Positions 47,557-56,385 of a stretch of DNA of 64,000 nucleotides are shown piece by piece (positions within the stretch are counted from its first letter, which is position 1; the number at the start of each line of letters is the position of its first letter). Both the position numbers and the translations under genes were made by a program. The stretch lies in NCBI GenBank assembly GCA_944381165.1, contig CALWKC010000011.1:4225-68224 (forward strand), given 5' to 3'. The DNA is from an uncultured Lachnospira sp. (lineage in GTDB: Bacteria; Bacillota; Clostridia; Lachnospirales; Lachnospiraceae). Below the pieces are notes generated by a model. The model was not told the origin of the DNA, made no database searches, and was given only the letters and a program-made list of their open reading frames with translations.

Positions 47557-47928
47557 GTGGAGGACATTAGACATAAGTCGCTTAGCGCTGAAAGCCTGCT
47601 GGTTTGTTGTACCGCGGCTGTTGTGACCGGAATAATTACAGATAAATTTATGGCTTCACAATATATTTCGGGCGCAATATTTATAGTATTATTAGCGGCG
47701 GTAAGCATAATTACGAATTGTATAGGAATGGGTGATGTTGTTGTGTCTGCAATGATTTTATGTTTAAAGGGTACGGTGTTTACCGTTTTAGCGTTTACAT
47801 TCGCAATGACATTGTTGGGAGTAATTAATATTATAAGAATATTAGTAAGAAAAGTATCAAGGAAATATACAGTTCCGTTTGTTCCGTATATGGGAATATG
47901 TGCTGCGGGGATGGTGCTATGCGGCTGA
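47557..47928 (+). CDS. A24-family prepilin peptidase, copy 2 (true start probably upstream at a non-canonical codon)
   Basis: VEDIRHKS and GMGDVVVSAMIL Asp contexts. The frame is open back to the TAG at 47500-47502, and AGGAGG lies at 47501-47506. Confidence 0.65.
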   Translation: MEDIRHKSLSAESLLVCCTAAVVTGIITDKFMASQYISGAIFIVLLAAVSIITNCIGMGDVVVSAMILCLKGTVFTVLAFTFAMTLLGVINIIRILVRKVSRKYTVPFVPYMGICAAGMVLCG

Positions 47929-48269
47929 GGGCTTCATTTACGGTTGAAAATTCTGTAATAATTCCTGTATTTACTTTGATTATAGTCACATTGATTTTAT
48001 TTGCTTTGGAATGGCATGACAGCCAGATTATAAAAAACGCGGAGTTTCAAATGGCCATAAAGACTGAACAGGAGCAGCTTGATGATAATTCTGATGAATT
48101 TGAGCATGTTTTGGAAGATACAGCGGATTATATTAAGGAAAAGACATTTTTTGGCGTGTCGGAAAAGGACAGGCTTGTAAAAGATATAGCTGAAAATATT
48201 TCTGTAAAAGACAACAGGCAGCCGGAGTTTATCAGAATGGTAAACGCCGCGCGGAAATTAAAGAGGTGA
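47919..48269 (+). CDS. Small TadE-like pseudopilin
   Basis: MRLRASFTVENSVIIPVFTLIIVTLILF N-terminus. Overlaps the peptidase gene end. Confidence 0.55.
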   Translation: MRLRASFTVENSVIIPVFTLIIVTLILFALEWHDSQIIKNAEFQMAIKTEQEQLDDNSDEFEHVLEDTADYIKEKTFFGVSEKDRLVKDIAENISVKDNRQPEFIRMVNAARKLKR

Positions 48270-48273
48270 TAGT

Positions 48274-49662
48274 GTGCCGGTAAAATATGAACAGGAGAAT
48301 AATATAACATATGTTGTAATTGAAAATGAGCTTTGTCTGCCGGACAGCGAATATGAACAGAGGATGATAGAAAAAAACAGCATAGCAGGTCTGCTGTCAA
48401 TGCAGGTGAGACGTATTAACAATAAGATATTTTACTTTTATGACATAACATCAAGACAAACGCTGAGTAAAGTGTTTGCGTATAGCTGTGTTAAGTGGGA
48501 TGATTTTGTAATGGTTATCAGTGAACTGGAAAATGCCGCAAAATCAGTTGACGAATATATGCTTGGATTAGATTCCCTGATAATAAGCCCGGAATATATA
48601 TACCTGGATTCTGTGAGAAAAAGATTAGAGTTCATCTATTTTCCGGGTAAATGTAAAGAATTTTCGGACATAAATATTGAGCAGGAGATAAAGAAGCTGT
48701 TTGACTATCTGCTGGAAAGATTCGACCACGATGATAAGGAACATCTTATGGCGGTCTATGAAATTTATCAGAGAGTGATACAGAACGGGTACAAAGTCTG
48801 TGCCATGACCGAATTATTAGAGAATTTTGATACGAATAACATAACAGGTCAGGGACTTAATAATACAGACCAATGTAACAATGAGAAGAATTGTGACAGT
48901 TCTGATTTTAAAAATATTATTCCGGATATTATTCCGCCCGAGATTATAGAGGATGAGACAGAAGAAAAAAATATGAAAGCAATTAGAGCGGTTAATGTCG
49001 TAAAAATACTTTCTGCGCTTCTGTTTGTTGCGTTTATAATAAAGTCGTTCATACCTTCAATATTGCCTGTTAAGATAAACAGCACGGTTTCATTTATAGC
49101 TGCGGCTGTGAGCGCCTTGGTTTATATTGCTCTGGATAAGCTTCCCGGTGAACTTTTTGCAGAATTAAAAAGACGCAGCGTCAGTCAGAAATATTCTCCT
49201 GACAAACAAGAAGACGTTATACACTCTGAAGCAGAGGCGTCTGCGGACAGTTTCGGCAAATGTTTGAATGATGATAAAACAGGTGAATTTTTCACGGAAA
49301 ATGAGATGGAGCATACAGTACTTTTATCGGATTATTTGCGCAGTATGCAGAAAAAAGAGCAGCAGATGCGCCTTATTTATGACGGAGAAGATGAAACGGC
49401 GGAGAATATATATGTCGATAAACTTCCGTATGTGATAGGAAGCATGGGAGAGCGTTGTAATCATGTTGTATCAAGCAGGCTTGTGAGCCATATACATATG
49501 TGTATTTTAAAAATAGAAGATGATTATTATATAGAAGATATGAACTCCACAAACGGAACATGGGTCAACGGAAAGAGAATAATGTCTAATGAGAGGAGCT
49601 GTGTGCGAAACGGAGATGAGGTGATTATTGCCACCTTGCCTTATAAGGTTGAAATAACCTAG
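48274..49662 (+). CDS. FHA-domain membrane protein
   Basis: GTG 48274 after AAGAGGTG. Central TM segments (ILSALLFVAFII, FIAAAVSALVYIAL). C-terminal FHA: YVIGSMGERCNHVV...ISRLVSHIHMCILK...YYIEDMNSTNGTWVNGKRI. Confidence 0.8.
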   Translation: MPVKYEQENNITYVVIENELCLPDSEYEQRMIEKNSIAGLLSMQVRRINNKIFYFYDITSRQTLSKVFAYSCVKWDDFVMVISELENAAKSVDEYMLGLDSLIISPEYIYLDSVRKRLEFIYFPGKCKEFSDINIEQEIKKLFDYLLERFDHDDKEHLMAVYEIYQRVIQNGYKVCAMTELLENFDTNNITGQGLNNTDQCNNEKNCDSSDFKNIIPDIIPPEIIEDETEEKNMKAIRAVNVVKILSALLFVAFIIKSFIPSILPVKINSTVSFIAAAVSALVYIALDKLPGELFAELKRRSVSQKYSPDKQEDVIHSEAEASADSFGKCLNDDKTGEFFTENEMEHTVLLSDYLRSMQKKEQQMRLIYDGEDETAENIYVDKLPYVIGSMGERCNHVVSSRLVSHIHMCILKIEDDYYIEDMNSTNGTWVNGKRIMSNERSCVRNGDEVIIATLPYKVEIT

Positions 49663-49710
49663 ATTTTATGCTATATTCACACTATCGTAAAAGTGAAAGG
49701 AATATCGTAT

Positions 49711-50703
49711 ATGAAGGTTAATATATATTATGGAGGAAGAGGGGTTGTCGATGACCCTACGATTTTTGTTATAAATAAAATCCAGGAAGTTCTTGAGGAA
49801 TTAAATGTTTCGGTTGAACGATATAATCTTTTTGAGATGAAAAATCAGATTACGACACTGTCACAGACTGTTACAGAGGCAGATGCCGTAGTTATGGCTA
49901 CAACAGTCGAGTGGATTGGAATGGGCGGATATATGCAGACCCTGCTTGATGCATGCTGGCTTTATGCCGACAAGAGTAAAATCGGAAATGTCTATATGTT
50001 TCCTGTCGTAATGTCAAAGACATATGGTGAAAGGGAGGTTTCTCTTACAATTATAAATTCATGGGAAATGCTTGGTGGACGGACAGGAAGCGGAATAAGC
50101 GGTTATGTAGATGACACGACAGAATTTGAGTTCAACAGTAAATATGTTGAATATATAGAAAAGCAGTCTGAAAATATATACCGCACTGTTTCTCAGAAGC
50201 GTTTAACGCTGCCTTCAAGCAGTATGACTATAAAAGACAGTGTTATGAAGGATGTGATACGCTTTACGCCTCAGGAGAGCGAACAGCTTTCCAAATATGC
50301 GTCTGATGATGCGTTTGTAAAAACGCAGAAGAAAGATATAGAATCCCTTGCGTCTATTTATAAAGAACTTTTAAATGATGAGGAAAACGGCGGAGATGAT
50401 TATTATTTGGATGTGTTCAAAGATAATTTTAAGCCGGGAATAGGATTTTCGGGAAGCTATATGATTGTAATAACCGACAAGGGCAAGAGTATAAAACTAC
50501 AGGTGAATAATGACAAGCTTGATGCTCAATTCGGTGATAATAAAGAGGCTGATGTGATTGCTCGGCTTAACAAGTCGGTATTTGATGATATTGTATCGGG
50601 TAAAGTTACCTTTCACAGAGCGTTTATGACAGGCGATATGACTGCAAAAGGCAACTTTAGAAGTTTGAGAATGCTCGATACTCTGTTTAGCTTTGCAGGT
50701 TGA
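49711..50703 (+). CDS. Flavodoxin-like fold (NAD(P)H-dependent oxidoreductase-like) N-domain fused to an SCP2 sterol-carrier-like C-domain
   Basis: MKVNIYYGGRG...ADAVVMATTVEWIGMGGYM. C-terminal DDIVSGKVTFHRAFMTGDMTAKGNFRSLRMLDTLF is SCP2-like. Confidence 0.6.
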   Translation: MKVNIYYGGRGVVDDPTIFVINKIQEVLEELNVSVERYNLFEMKNQITTLSQTVTEADAVVMATTVEWIGMGGYMQTLLDACWLYADKSKIGNVYMFPVVMSKTYGEREVSLTIINSWEMLGGRTGSGISGYVDDTTEFEFNSKYVEYIEKQSENIYRTVSQKRLTLPSSSMTIKDSVMKDVIRFTPQESEQLSKYASDDAFVKTQKKDIESLASIYKELLNDEENGGDDYYLDVFKDNFKPGIGFSGSYMIVITDKGKSIKLQVNNDKLDAQFGDNKEADVIARLNKSVFDDIVSGKVTFHRAFMTGDMTAKGNFRSLRMLDTLFSFAG

Positions 50704-51492
50704 TTACAGTATACGCAGAACCGGAAGATTAATATTAAAGTGAGTTGATTGGTAATCCTGTGAAACGGACAGATTTCCGTTGTGTGTCATGCATACCATC
50801 ATGACAATATACAGACCCAGACCGCTGTGATTCTTTTTGTTTGTATAAAAAGCACTTGTAAGTATATCAATGTCATCCGGTGAGTGTGTCACATCGTCGG
50901 AGGTCTGTCCAAGTGTCATAGGAAGATGAATTTCAGGCAGCTGTCCTTTATTTGAGACAGTTATAGTGTATGTCGTCAGGTCTTCGCTCAGATGAGAGCT
51001 TATTGTGATTGTGTCGTTGTTTTGAGTTGCATCATAGCTGTTTGAAATTAATTCATTAAAAGCAATCAAAATATGTTCGCTGTCGGCATCTATCTCTATT
51101 TTTTTATCTTCGACATTAAAAGAAAACAATCGTTCTTCATTGGGATAGCGGTTATCAGCTTCATCGGGAAGCTGGTAGAGAATATCGTTTATGAGAACAG
51201 GGGCTTTTTGGGGGAATACACAGTATCGGCACAGACTTGTCCTCTGCATAAAATCTGTGAGTTCATTAATCGATGTGCCTAGATTATCCCAGAATTTAAA
51301 GTCTTTTGTTTCCGGATACTTTGAACTGATTATCTGATAGGAAGAGCCAATGAAAGACAGATGATTCAATATTTCGTGGCTTGCTATGCTTAGGTTTTTG
51401 TAGTGGCATGCGGTCTCTTTTTCGAGGAGCTCTTTTAGCTTAGGAGATTCTTCTTTGAAACGGTTTAGTGCATCATAATCTTTTTTGTTCAT
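50704..51492 (-). CDS. Soluble orphan histidine-kinase-like protein (HisKA + HATPase_c, no TM segment and no sensor domain recognised)
   Basis: H-box IASHEILNHLSFI, N-box AFNELISNSYDAT, G2 box HSGLGLYIV. ATG 51492 lies 7 nt after AAGAGGA. Confidence 0.65.
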   Translation of the reverse strand: MNKKDYDALNRFKEESPKLKELLEKETACHYKNLSIASHEILNHLSFIGSSYQIISSKYPETKDFKFWDNLGTSINELTDFMQRTSLCRYCVFPQKAPVLINDILYQLPDEADNRYPNEERLFSFNVEDKKIEIDADSEHILIAFNELISNSYDATQNNDTITISSHLSEDLTTYTITVSNKGQLPEIHLPMTLGQTSDDVTHSPDDIDILTSAFYTNKKNHSGLGLYIVMMVCMTHNGNLSVSQDYQSTHFNINLPVLRIL

Positions 51493-51653
51493 AAGCAATT
51501 CCTCTTTTCATTTTATAAAGTTGTTAAAATTTATTGATATAAAAGGTTTTTTAAGTTATTATATTGAAAGTATATACTTGTTGAGATTGAGTGTAAACAA
51601 AAGTATTTCGACAAAATATTACAAAAAAGTATTGTAAGGTGGTGCGTTGTTTT

Positions 51654-52070
51654 ATGAAAAAGGATGATTGTATTTTCTGCAAACTTGCAAATGGTATAAT
51701 TCCTACTAATTCTTTATACGAGGATGAGACAGTTAATGTTATTTTTGATGCGGGACCGGCAACAAAAGGACATGTTTTAATTATACCTAAAGAACATTTT
51801 GACGATATTTATTCGTTGGATGATAAGACTGCTGAACATATTTTTAAGGTGGCGGTTAAGATTGCCAATGCTGTAAACAGAGCGTTAAAGCCTGATGGTC
51901 TGAATGTAGTGCAGAATAACGGAGAGGCGGCAGGTCAGACAGTTTTTCATTTTCACACGCATATTATACCGAGATACAAGAATGATACAGTTGATATTGG
52001 CTGGATTCCGGGAAAGGTTTCCGATGAAGAGCTGAAATCAATAAAAGAAAAGATTGCTGAAGAATTATAA
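51654..52070 (+). CDS. HIT-family nucleotide hydrolase/transferase
   Basis: CIFCKL Zn motif and histidine triad HFHTHIIPR. Confidence 0.9.
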   Translation: MKKDDCIFCKLANGIIPTNSLYEDETVNVIFDAGPATKGHVLIIPKEHFDDIYSLDDKTAEHIFKVAVKIANAVNRALKPDGLNVVQNNGEAAGQTVFHFHTHIIPRYKNDTVDIGWIPGKVSDEELKSIKEKIAEEL

Positions 52071-52098
52071 ATTTATACGGGGTTTATGGAGGTAAAGA

Positions 52099-54390
52099 AT
52101 GGTTGAATTAAGTAAAGGCGGAGCATATCTTGTAAACGGAGTTGACATTATTGAGGAAGCTGACGCTGAAAAAGGCGCGCTTGCAGCAAAGGTCGGCGGT
52201 AATGTTCCTTCAAAAGAAGATGCTGCGAAGAATACTATTGCATACGGTATTCTTGAAAAGCATAATACATCCGGCAGCATGGATAAGCTTAAAATTAAAT
52301 TTGACAAAATGACATCTCATGATATTACATTTGTGGGTATTATACAGACAGCCCGTGCATCAGGACTTGAGAAATTTCCTATTCCTTATGTGCTCACAAA
52401 CTGCCATAACAGTTTGTGTGCGGTTGGCGGAACAATCAATGAGGATGACCACATGTTTGGTCTTACTTGTGCAAAGAAATACGGCGGTGTATATGTACCT
52501 CCTCATCAGGCTGTTATTCACCAGTTTGCCAGAGAGATGCTCGCTGAGGGCGGTAACATGATCCTTGGCTCAGACAGTCATACCCGTTACGGTGCACTTG
52601 GAACTATGGCGGTAGGCGAAGGCGGCCCTGAGCTTGTAAAACAGCTTTTAGGAAAAACATATGATATTAACAGACCTGGAGTTGTGGCAATTTACATGAC
52701 TGGAGAGCCGGTGAAGGGCGTTGGACCGCAGGATGTGGCTCTTGCTATTATAGGCGCTGTGTTTGCAAACGGATATGTGAAGAATAAAGTAATGGAGTTC
52801 GTGGGACCGGGAGTTGCAAACTTAAGCGCAGATTTCAGAATTGGCGTTGATGTAATGACAACAGAGACAACATGTCTTTCATCTATATGGCAGACCGATG
52901 AAAAAATAAAAGAGTTTTATGACATTCACGGAAGAAGCGAGGCTTATAAGGAATTGCAGCCTGGCAGCGTTGCGTATTATGACGGAGTTGTATATGTTGA
53001 GCTTGATAAGATTAAGCCTATGATTGCAATGCCGTTTCATCCTAGCAACACGTATACTATTGAGGAATTAAATGCAAATCTTATAGATATTCTGCATGAC
53101 TGCGAACAGAAAGCGCTTGTAAGTCTTGACGGACAGGTTGAATTTAAACTTACTAATAAGGTTAAAGACGGAAAGCTCTATGTTGATCAGGGTATTATTG
53201 CAGGCTGCGCAGGAGGCGGATTTGAAAATATTTGCGCCGCAGCAGATATTCTCAGAGGCCGTTCAATCGGTTCTGATGAATTTACGCTCAGCGTATACCC
53301 TGCAAGTACACCTATTTATATGGAACTTGCCAGAAACGGAAGGCTTGCGGATTTAATGGAGACGGGGGCGATAGTAAAGACAGCTTTCTGCGGTCCTTGC
53401 TTTGGTGCCGGAGATACACCTGCAAATAATGCGTTCTCTATAAGACATTCGACAAGGAACTTCCCTAACAGAGAGGGCTCAAAGCTCCAGAAGGGGCAGA
53501 TTTCATCGGTAGCGCTTATGGATGCGCGTTCTATCGCGGCAACAGCTGCAAACAAGGGATATCTTACGGCGGCTACTGATATTGATGTTGAGTTTACAGG
53601 TCCGACATATCATTTTGATAAACATATTTATGAAAACAGAGTATTTGACAGCAAGGGAGTTGCTGACCCTAATCAGGAGATACAGTTTGGGCCTAACATA
53701 AAAGATTGGCCTGAAATGGCTGCTTTGCCTGAAAACCTTATAATAAAAGTAGTGTCAGAGATTCATGACCCGGTTACAACAACTGACGAGCTGATTCCTT
53801 CGGGAGAGACATCATCTTTCAGGTCTAATCCGTTGGGGCTTGCAGAGTTTGCTCTGTCAAGAAAAGATCCTGCATATGTGGGACGTGCAAAGGAAGTACA
53901 GAGGGCAGAGAAGGCAAGAGAGGCCGGAGAGTGCATGAGTGACGCTCTTCCTGAACTCAAGGATATTATGGACAAAATTAAGGAGACATATGACGTTTGT
54001 GATGAGAACGTCGGCATAGGAAGCACTATTTTTGCGGTTAAGCCGGGTGACGGATCTGCGCGCGAGCAGGCGGCTTCATGCCAGAAGGTGCTCGGAGGCT
54101 GGGCAAATATTGCAAATGAATATGCCACAAAGAGATACCGCTCTAACCTTATTAACTGGGGAATGCTTCCATTTATTGTGGATAAGGGTGAGCTTCCGTT
54201 TGAAAACGGTGATTATATCTTCATACCGGATATTACAAAAGCGGTTAAAGATAAGGCGTCAACAATAAATGCGTTTGTTGTAAATAAAAATATGAAACCG
54301 TTTGAGCTTAAAATGGATGAGCTGACTGATGATGAGAGACAGATTATTCTCGACGGATGTCTTATCAACTTCTATAAAAACAGCAGATAA
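52099..54390 (+). CDS. Aconitate hydratase
   Basis: SD GGAGG. Fe-S ligand contexts GSDSHT and CGPCFGAGD. Swivel-domain C-terminus. 763 aa. Confidence 0.9.
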   Translation: MVELSKGGAYLVNGVDIIEEADAEKGALAAKVGGNVPSKEDAAKNTIAYGILEKHNTSGSMDKLKIKFDKMTSHDITFVGIIQTARASGLEKFPIPYVLTNCHNSLCAVGGTINEDDHMFGLTCAKKYGGVYVPPHQAVIHQFAREMLAEGGNMILGSDSHTRYGALGTMAVGEGGPELVKQLLGKTYDINRPGVVAIYMTGEPVKGVGPQDVALAIIGAVFANGYVKNKVMEFVGPGVANLSADFRIGVDVMTTETTCLSSIWQTDEKIKEFYDIHGRSEAYKELQPGSVAYYDGVVYVELDKIKPMIAMPFHPSNTYTIEELNANLIDILHDCEQKALVSLDGQVEFKLTNKVKDGKLYVDQGIIAGCAGGGFENICAAADILRGRSIGSDEFTLSVYPASTPIYMELARNGRLADLMETGAIVKTAFCGPCFGAGDTPANNAFSIRHSTRNFPNREGSKLQKGQISSVALMDARSIAATAANKGYLTAATDIDVEFTGPTYHFDKHIYENRVFDSKGVADPNQEIQFGPNIKDWPEMAALPENLIIKVVSEIHDPVTTTDELIPSGETSSFRSNPLGLAEFALSRKDPAYVGRAKEVQRAEKAREAGECMSDALPELKDIMDKIKETYDVCDENVGIGSTIFAVKPGDGSAREQAASCQKVLGGWANIANEYATKRYRSNLINWGMLPFIVDKGELPFENGDYIFIPDITKAVKDKASTINAFVVNKNMKPFELKMDELTDDERQIILDGCLINFYKNSR

Positions 54391-54482
54391 TGGTTGATTG
54401 GATGCGGTGGCAGCTGGAAATATTATATTTCTTACAAAGTGCATGAAACAATCTCTTTCGGAGATAGACAGGGAGACAAACT

Positions 54483-55574
54483 ATGGCAGAGCAGAATATT
54501 TTAACCGGTGATTTGGCTGTGCTTGAGCAGATAATAAGTGATATAAAGGAACACAAAAAGAACAAGGAGCAGCTGGAAAAGCTTAATGAAATCGCTAAGA
54601 ACCTCACAAAAAATATAGATGTCAGTGAGAGAGAGCTCAAGGAAGAGATTGATGCCAGGGTAAAGGAGAGCATTGCGTCTATATGCAGCGGTTATAATAA
54701 GGCGATTGAAGATGAGAAGATAAAGCTCAAAGATATTCAGGGGCAGCGTGATAAGGCAAAAATGGCGGGTGTAAAAGAGCGTATTGCGAATGAGACCAGA
54801 GACTTGAGAAATGAAAACAGCAGCCTCAATAAAGAAATTAAAGAAGCTTTTAAGGCAGAAAGAGTGCCTATGTATTGCAGCAGCAGATTTTACATGGCTA
54901 TGTTTCAGACAAAGGGCGTTGCCGATGCGGCTGTTTACACACTCATAATGCTCCTGCTTTTCTTGATAATTCCGTCTGCGGGCTGCTTTATTCCGGGCTT
55001 TCCGCAATGGGGCTTTGTGTTGTATTACTTTATATTGTCAACTCTTGTAATATCAGCAGGAAAGCATATATATTATAAGACCATGGTTTGTCACCGGGAG
55101 GTCATCAGCGCTGCCAGGGAGACAAAAAATAAGATAAGAAACAACCGCAAAAAGATTAAAAAAATTGAAAAAAGAATACGCTCTGATAAAAATGAAGAGA
55201 TGTATGGACTTGGAGATTATGATTACAAGATTAATGAGATTCATGACCGCATAAGTAAGATTGAAGGCGAGAAGACATGCGCGCTTCAGGAATTTGAGAA
55301 CACTGCAAAGCCTGATATTATTGCTGAGATTGAGGGCAGAAACAGAGGACCGATAGATAATATGCGTGCAGAGCTGTCGAAAAAACAGGAAGAGTGCAGC
55401 AGTCTTGATGCCCTTGTAAAGGAACAGAGAATATATATTTCGTCAAATTACGAGGCGTACTTGGGCAGGGATTTTATGAGTGCCGAAAAACTGGAGGAGC
55501 TTCGAGCGATTATGAAGTCGCAAGCTGCGGCAACAGTTGGTCAGGCAATAGCTGTATATAAGGATAAACGCTGA
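54483..55574 (+). CDS. Hypothetical coiled-coil membrane protein
   Basis: K/E-rich coiled segments flank two TM segments (AAVYTLIMLLLFLIIPSAGCF, GFVLYYFILSTLVISA). SD GGGAGA. Confidence 0.5.
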   Translation: MAEQNILTGDLAVLEQIISDIKEHKKNKEQLEKLNEIAKNLTKNIDVSERELKEEIDARVKESIASICSGYNKAIEDEKIKLKDIQGQRDKAKMAGVKERIANETRDLRNENSSLNKEIKEAFKAERVPMYCSSRFYMAMFQTKGVADAAVYTLIMLLLFLIIPSAGCFIPGFPQWGFVLYYFILSTLVISAGKHIYYKTMVCHREVISAARETKNKIRNNRKKIKKIEKRIRSDKNEEMYGLGDYDYKINEIHDRISKIEGEKTCALQEFENTAKPDIIAEIEGRNRGPIDNMRAELSKKQEECSSLDALVKEQRIYISSNYEAYLGRDFMSAEKLEELRAIMKSQAAATVGQAIAVYKDKR

Positions 55575-56112
55575 TGCAGTTTTGACGGAAGGTTTCGACA
55601 AAGCCTGCGGTTATAATATCTGCAAGTGTCATAACAGTAGAAAGACGAGTTGTCTGGAGCAGGAGGTTATCTTTATTTCCGGCAGTATTTACAATGCCGG
55701 TTATATGGAGGCTGCCTACTTCGGGCAGCTCTTTTTTTACACCCAGTCCGGGGTACAGAGGACCCTCAGCCAGTGTGACATAGCCTACGTGTTCGGATTT
55801 TCCCAATGAGGCGTCGATAGCGATAATATAGGGGTTTTCATGAACCTGATTTATGAATTTAATTGAGCTCTCAAGGTTAGTAGCATTGATTGGATTATTG
55901 AGAGAGCCGTAAATAAAAACATTTCTGAAACAAAATTTGGAGAGCTTGTAGCCAATCATAGGGCCCAGGCTGTCGCCGGTTGAGCGGTCACTTCCGATGC
56001 ACATAACAGCTATGGGGCGTTTTGGCGCATCTGTTCGGCTGAGTATTAAAGAGAGCTGTTCGCTGAATTCAATATGTGCTCTTGTACATGCCGAGTTGAA
56101 ATAATAAATCAT
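55510..56112 (-). CDS. yyaC: Sporulation protein YyaC (GPR/HybD-like protease fold family)
   Basis: VMCIGSDRSTGDSLGPMIG and IIAIDASLG motifs. SD AGGAGG. Confidence 0.85.
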   Translation of the reverse strand: MIYYFNSACTRAHIEFSEQLSLILSRTDAPKRPIAVMCIGSDRSTGDSLGPMIGYKLSKFCFRNVFIYGSLNNPINATNLESSIKFINQVHENPYIIAIDASLGKSEHVGYVTLAEGPLYPGLGVKKELPEVGSLHITGIVNTAGNKDNLLLQTTRLSTVMTLADIITAGFVETFRQNCISVYPYIQLLPDQLLPQLATS

Positions 56113-56385
56113 GAAGTAACCTCCTGAATTTAGTGATACTATTCTAGTTTACGCATAAGTTATAAAAAATATGACAAGAATTTTAGCCTTTAAAAGGTCA
56201 TAGAATAAAACAATAAGATTTTTTTTAAATGCGACAAAATATGATAAGTTTTTCATTTCAGAAGTGATAGTATCATTCAGAAGTAATAGTATTTTTCTCC
56301 GATTTTAAGAGGGACAAGGCATTTGGCGGAAAAGTATACTGTTGCAGGAAACTAATATTATTATGTTGTGAAAAGAGGGATAGCC

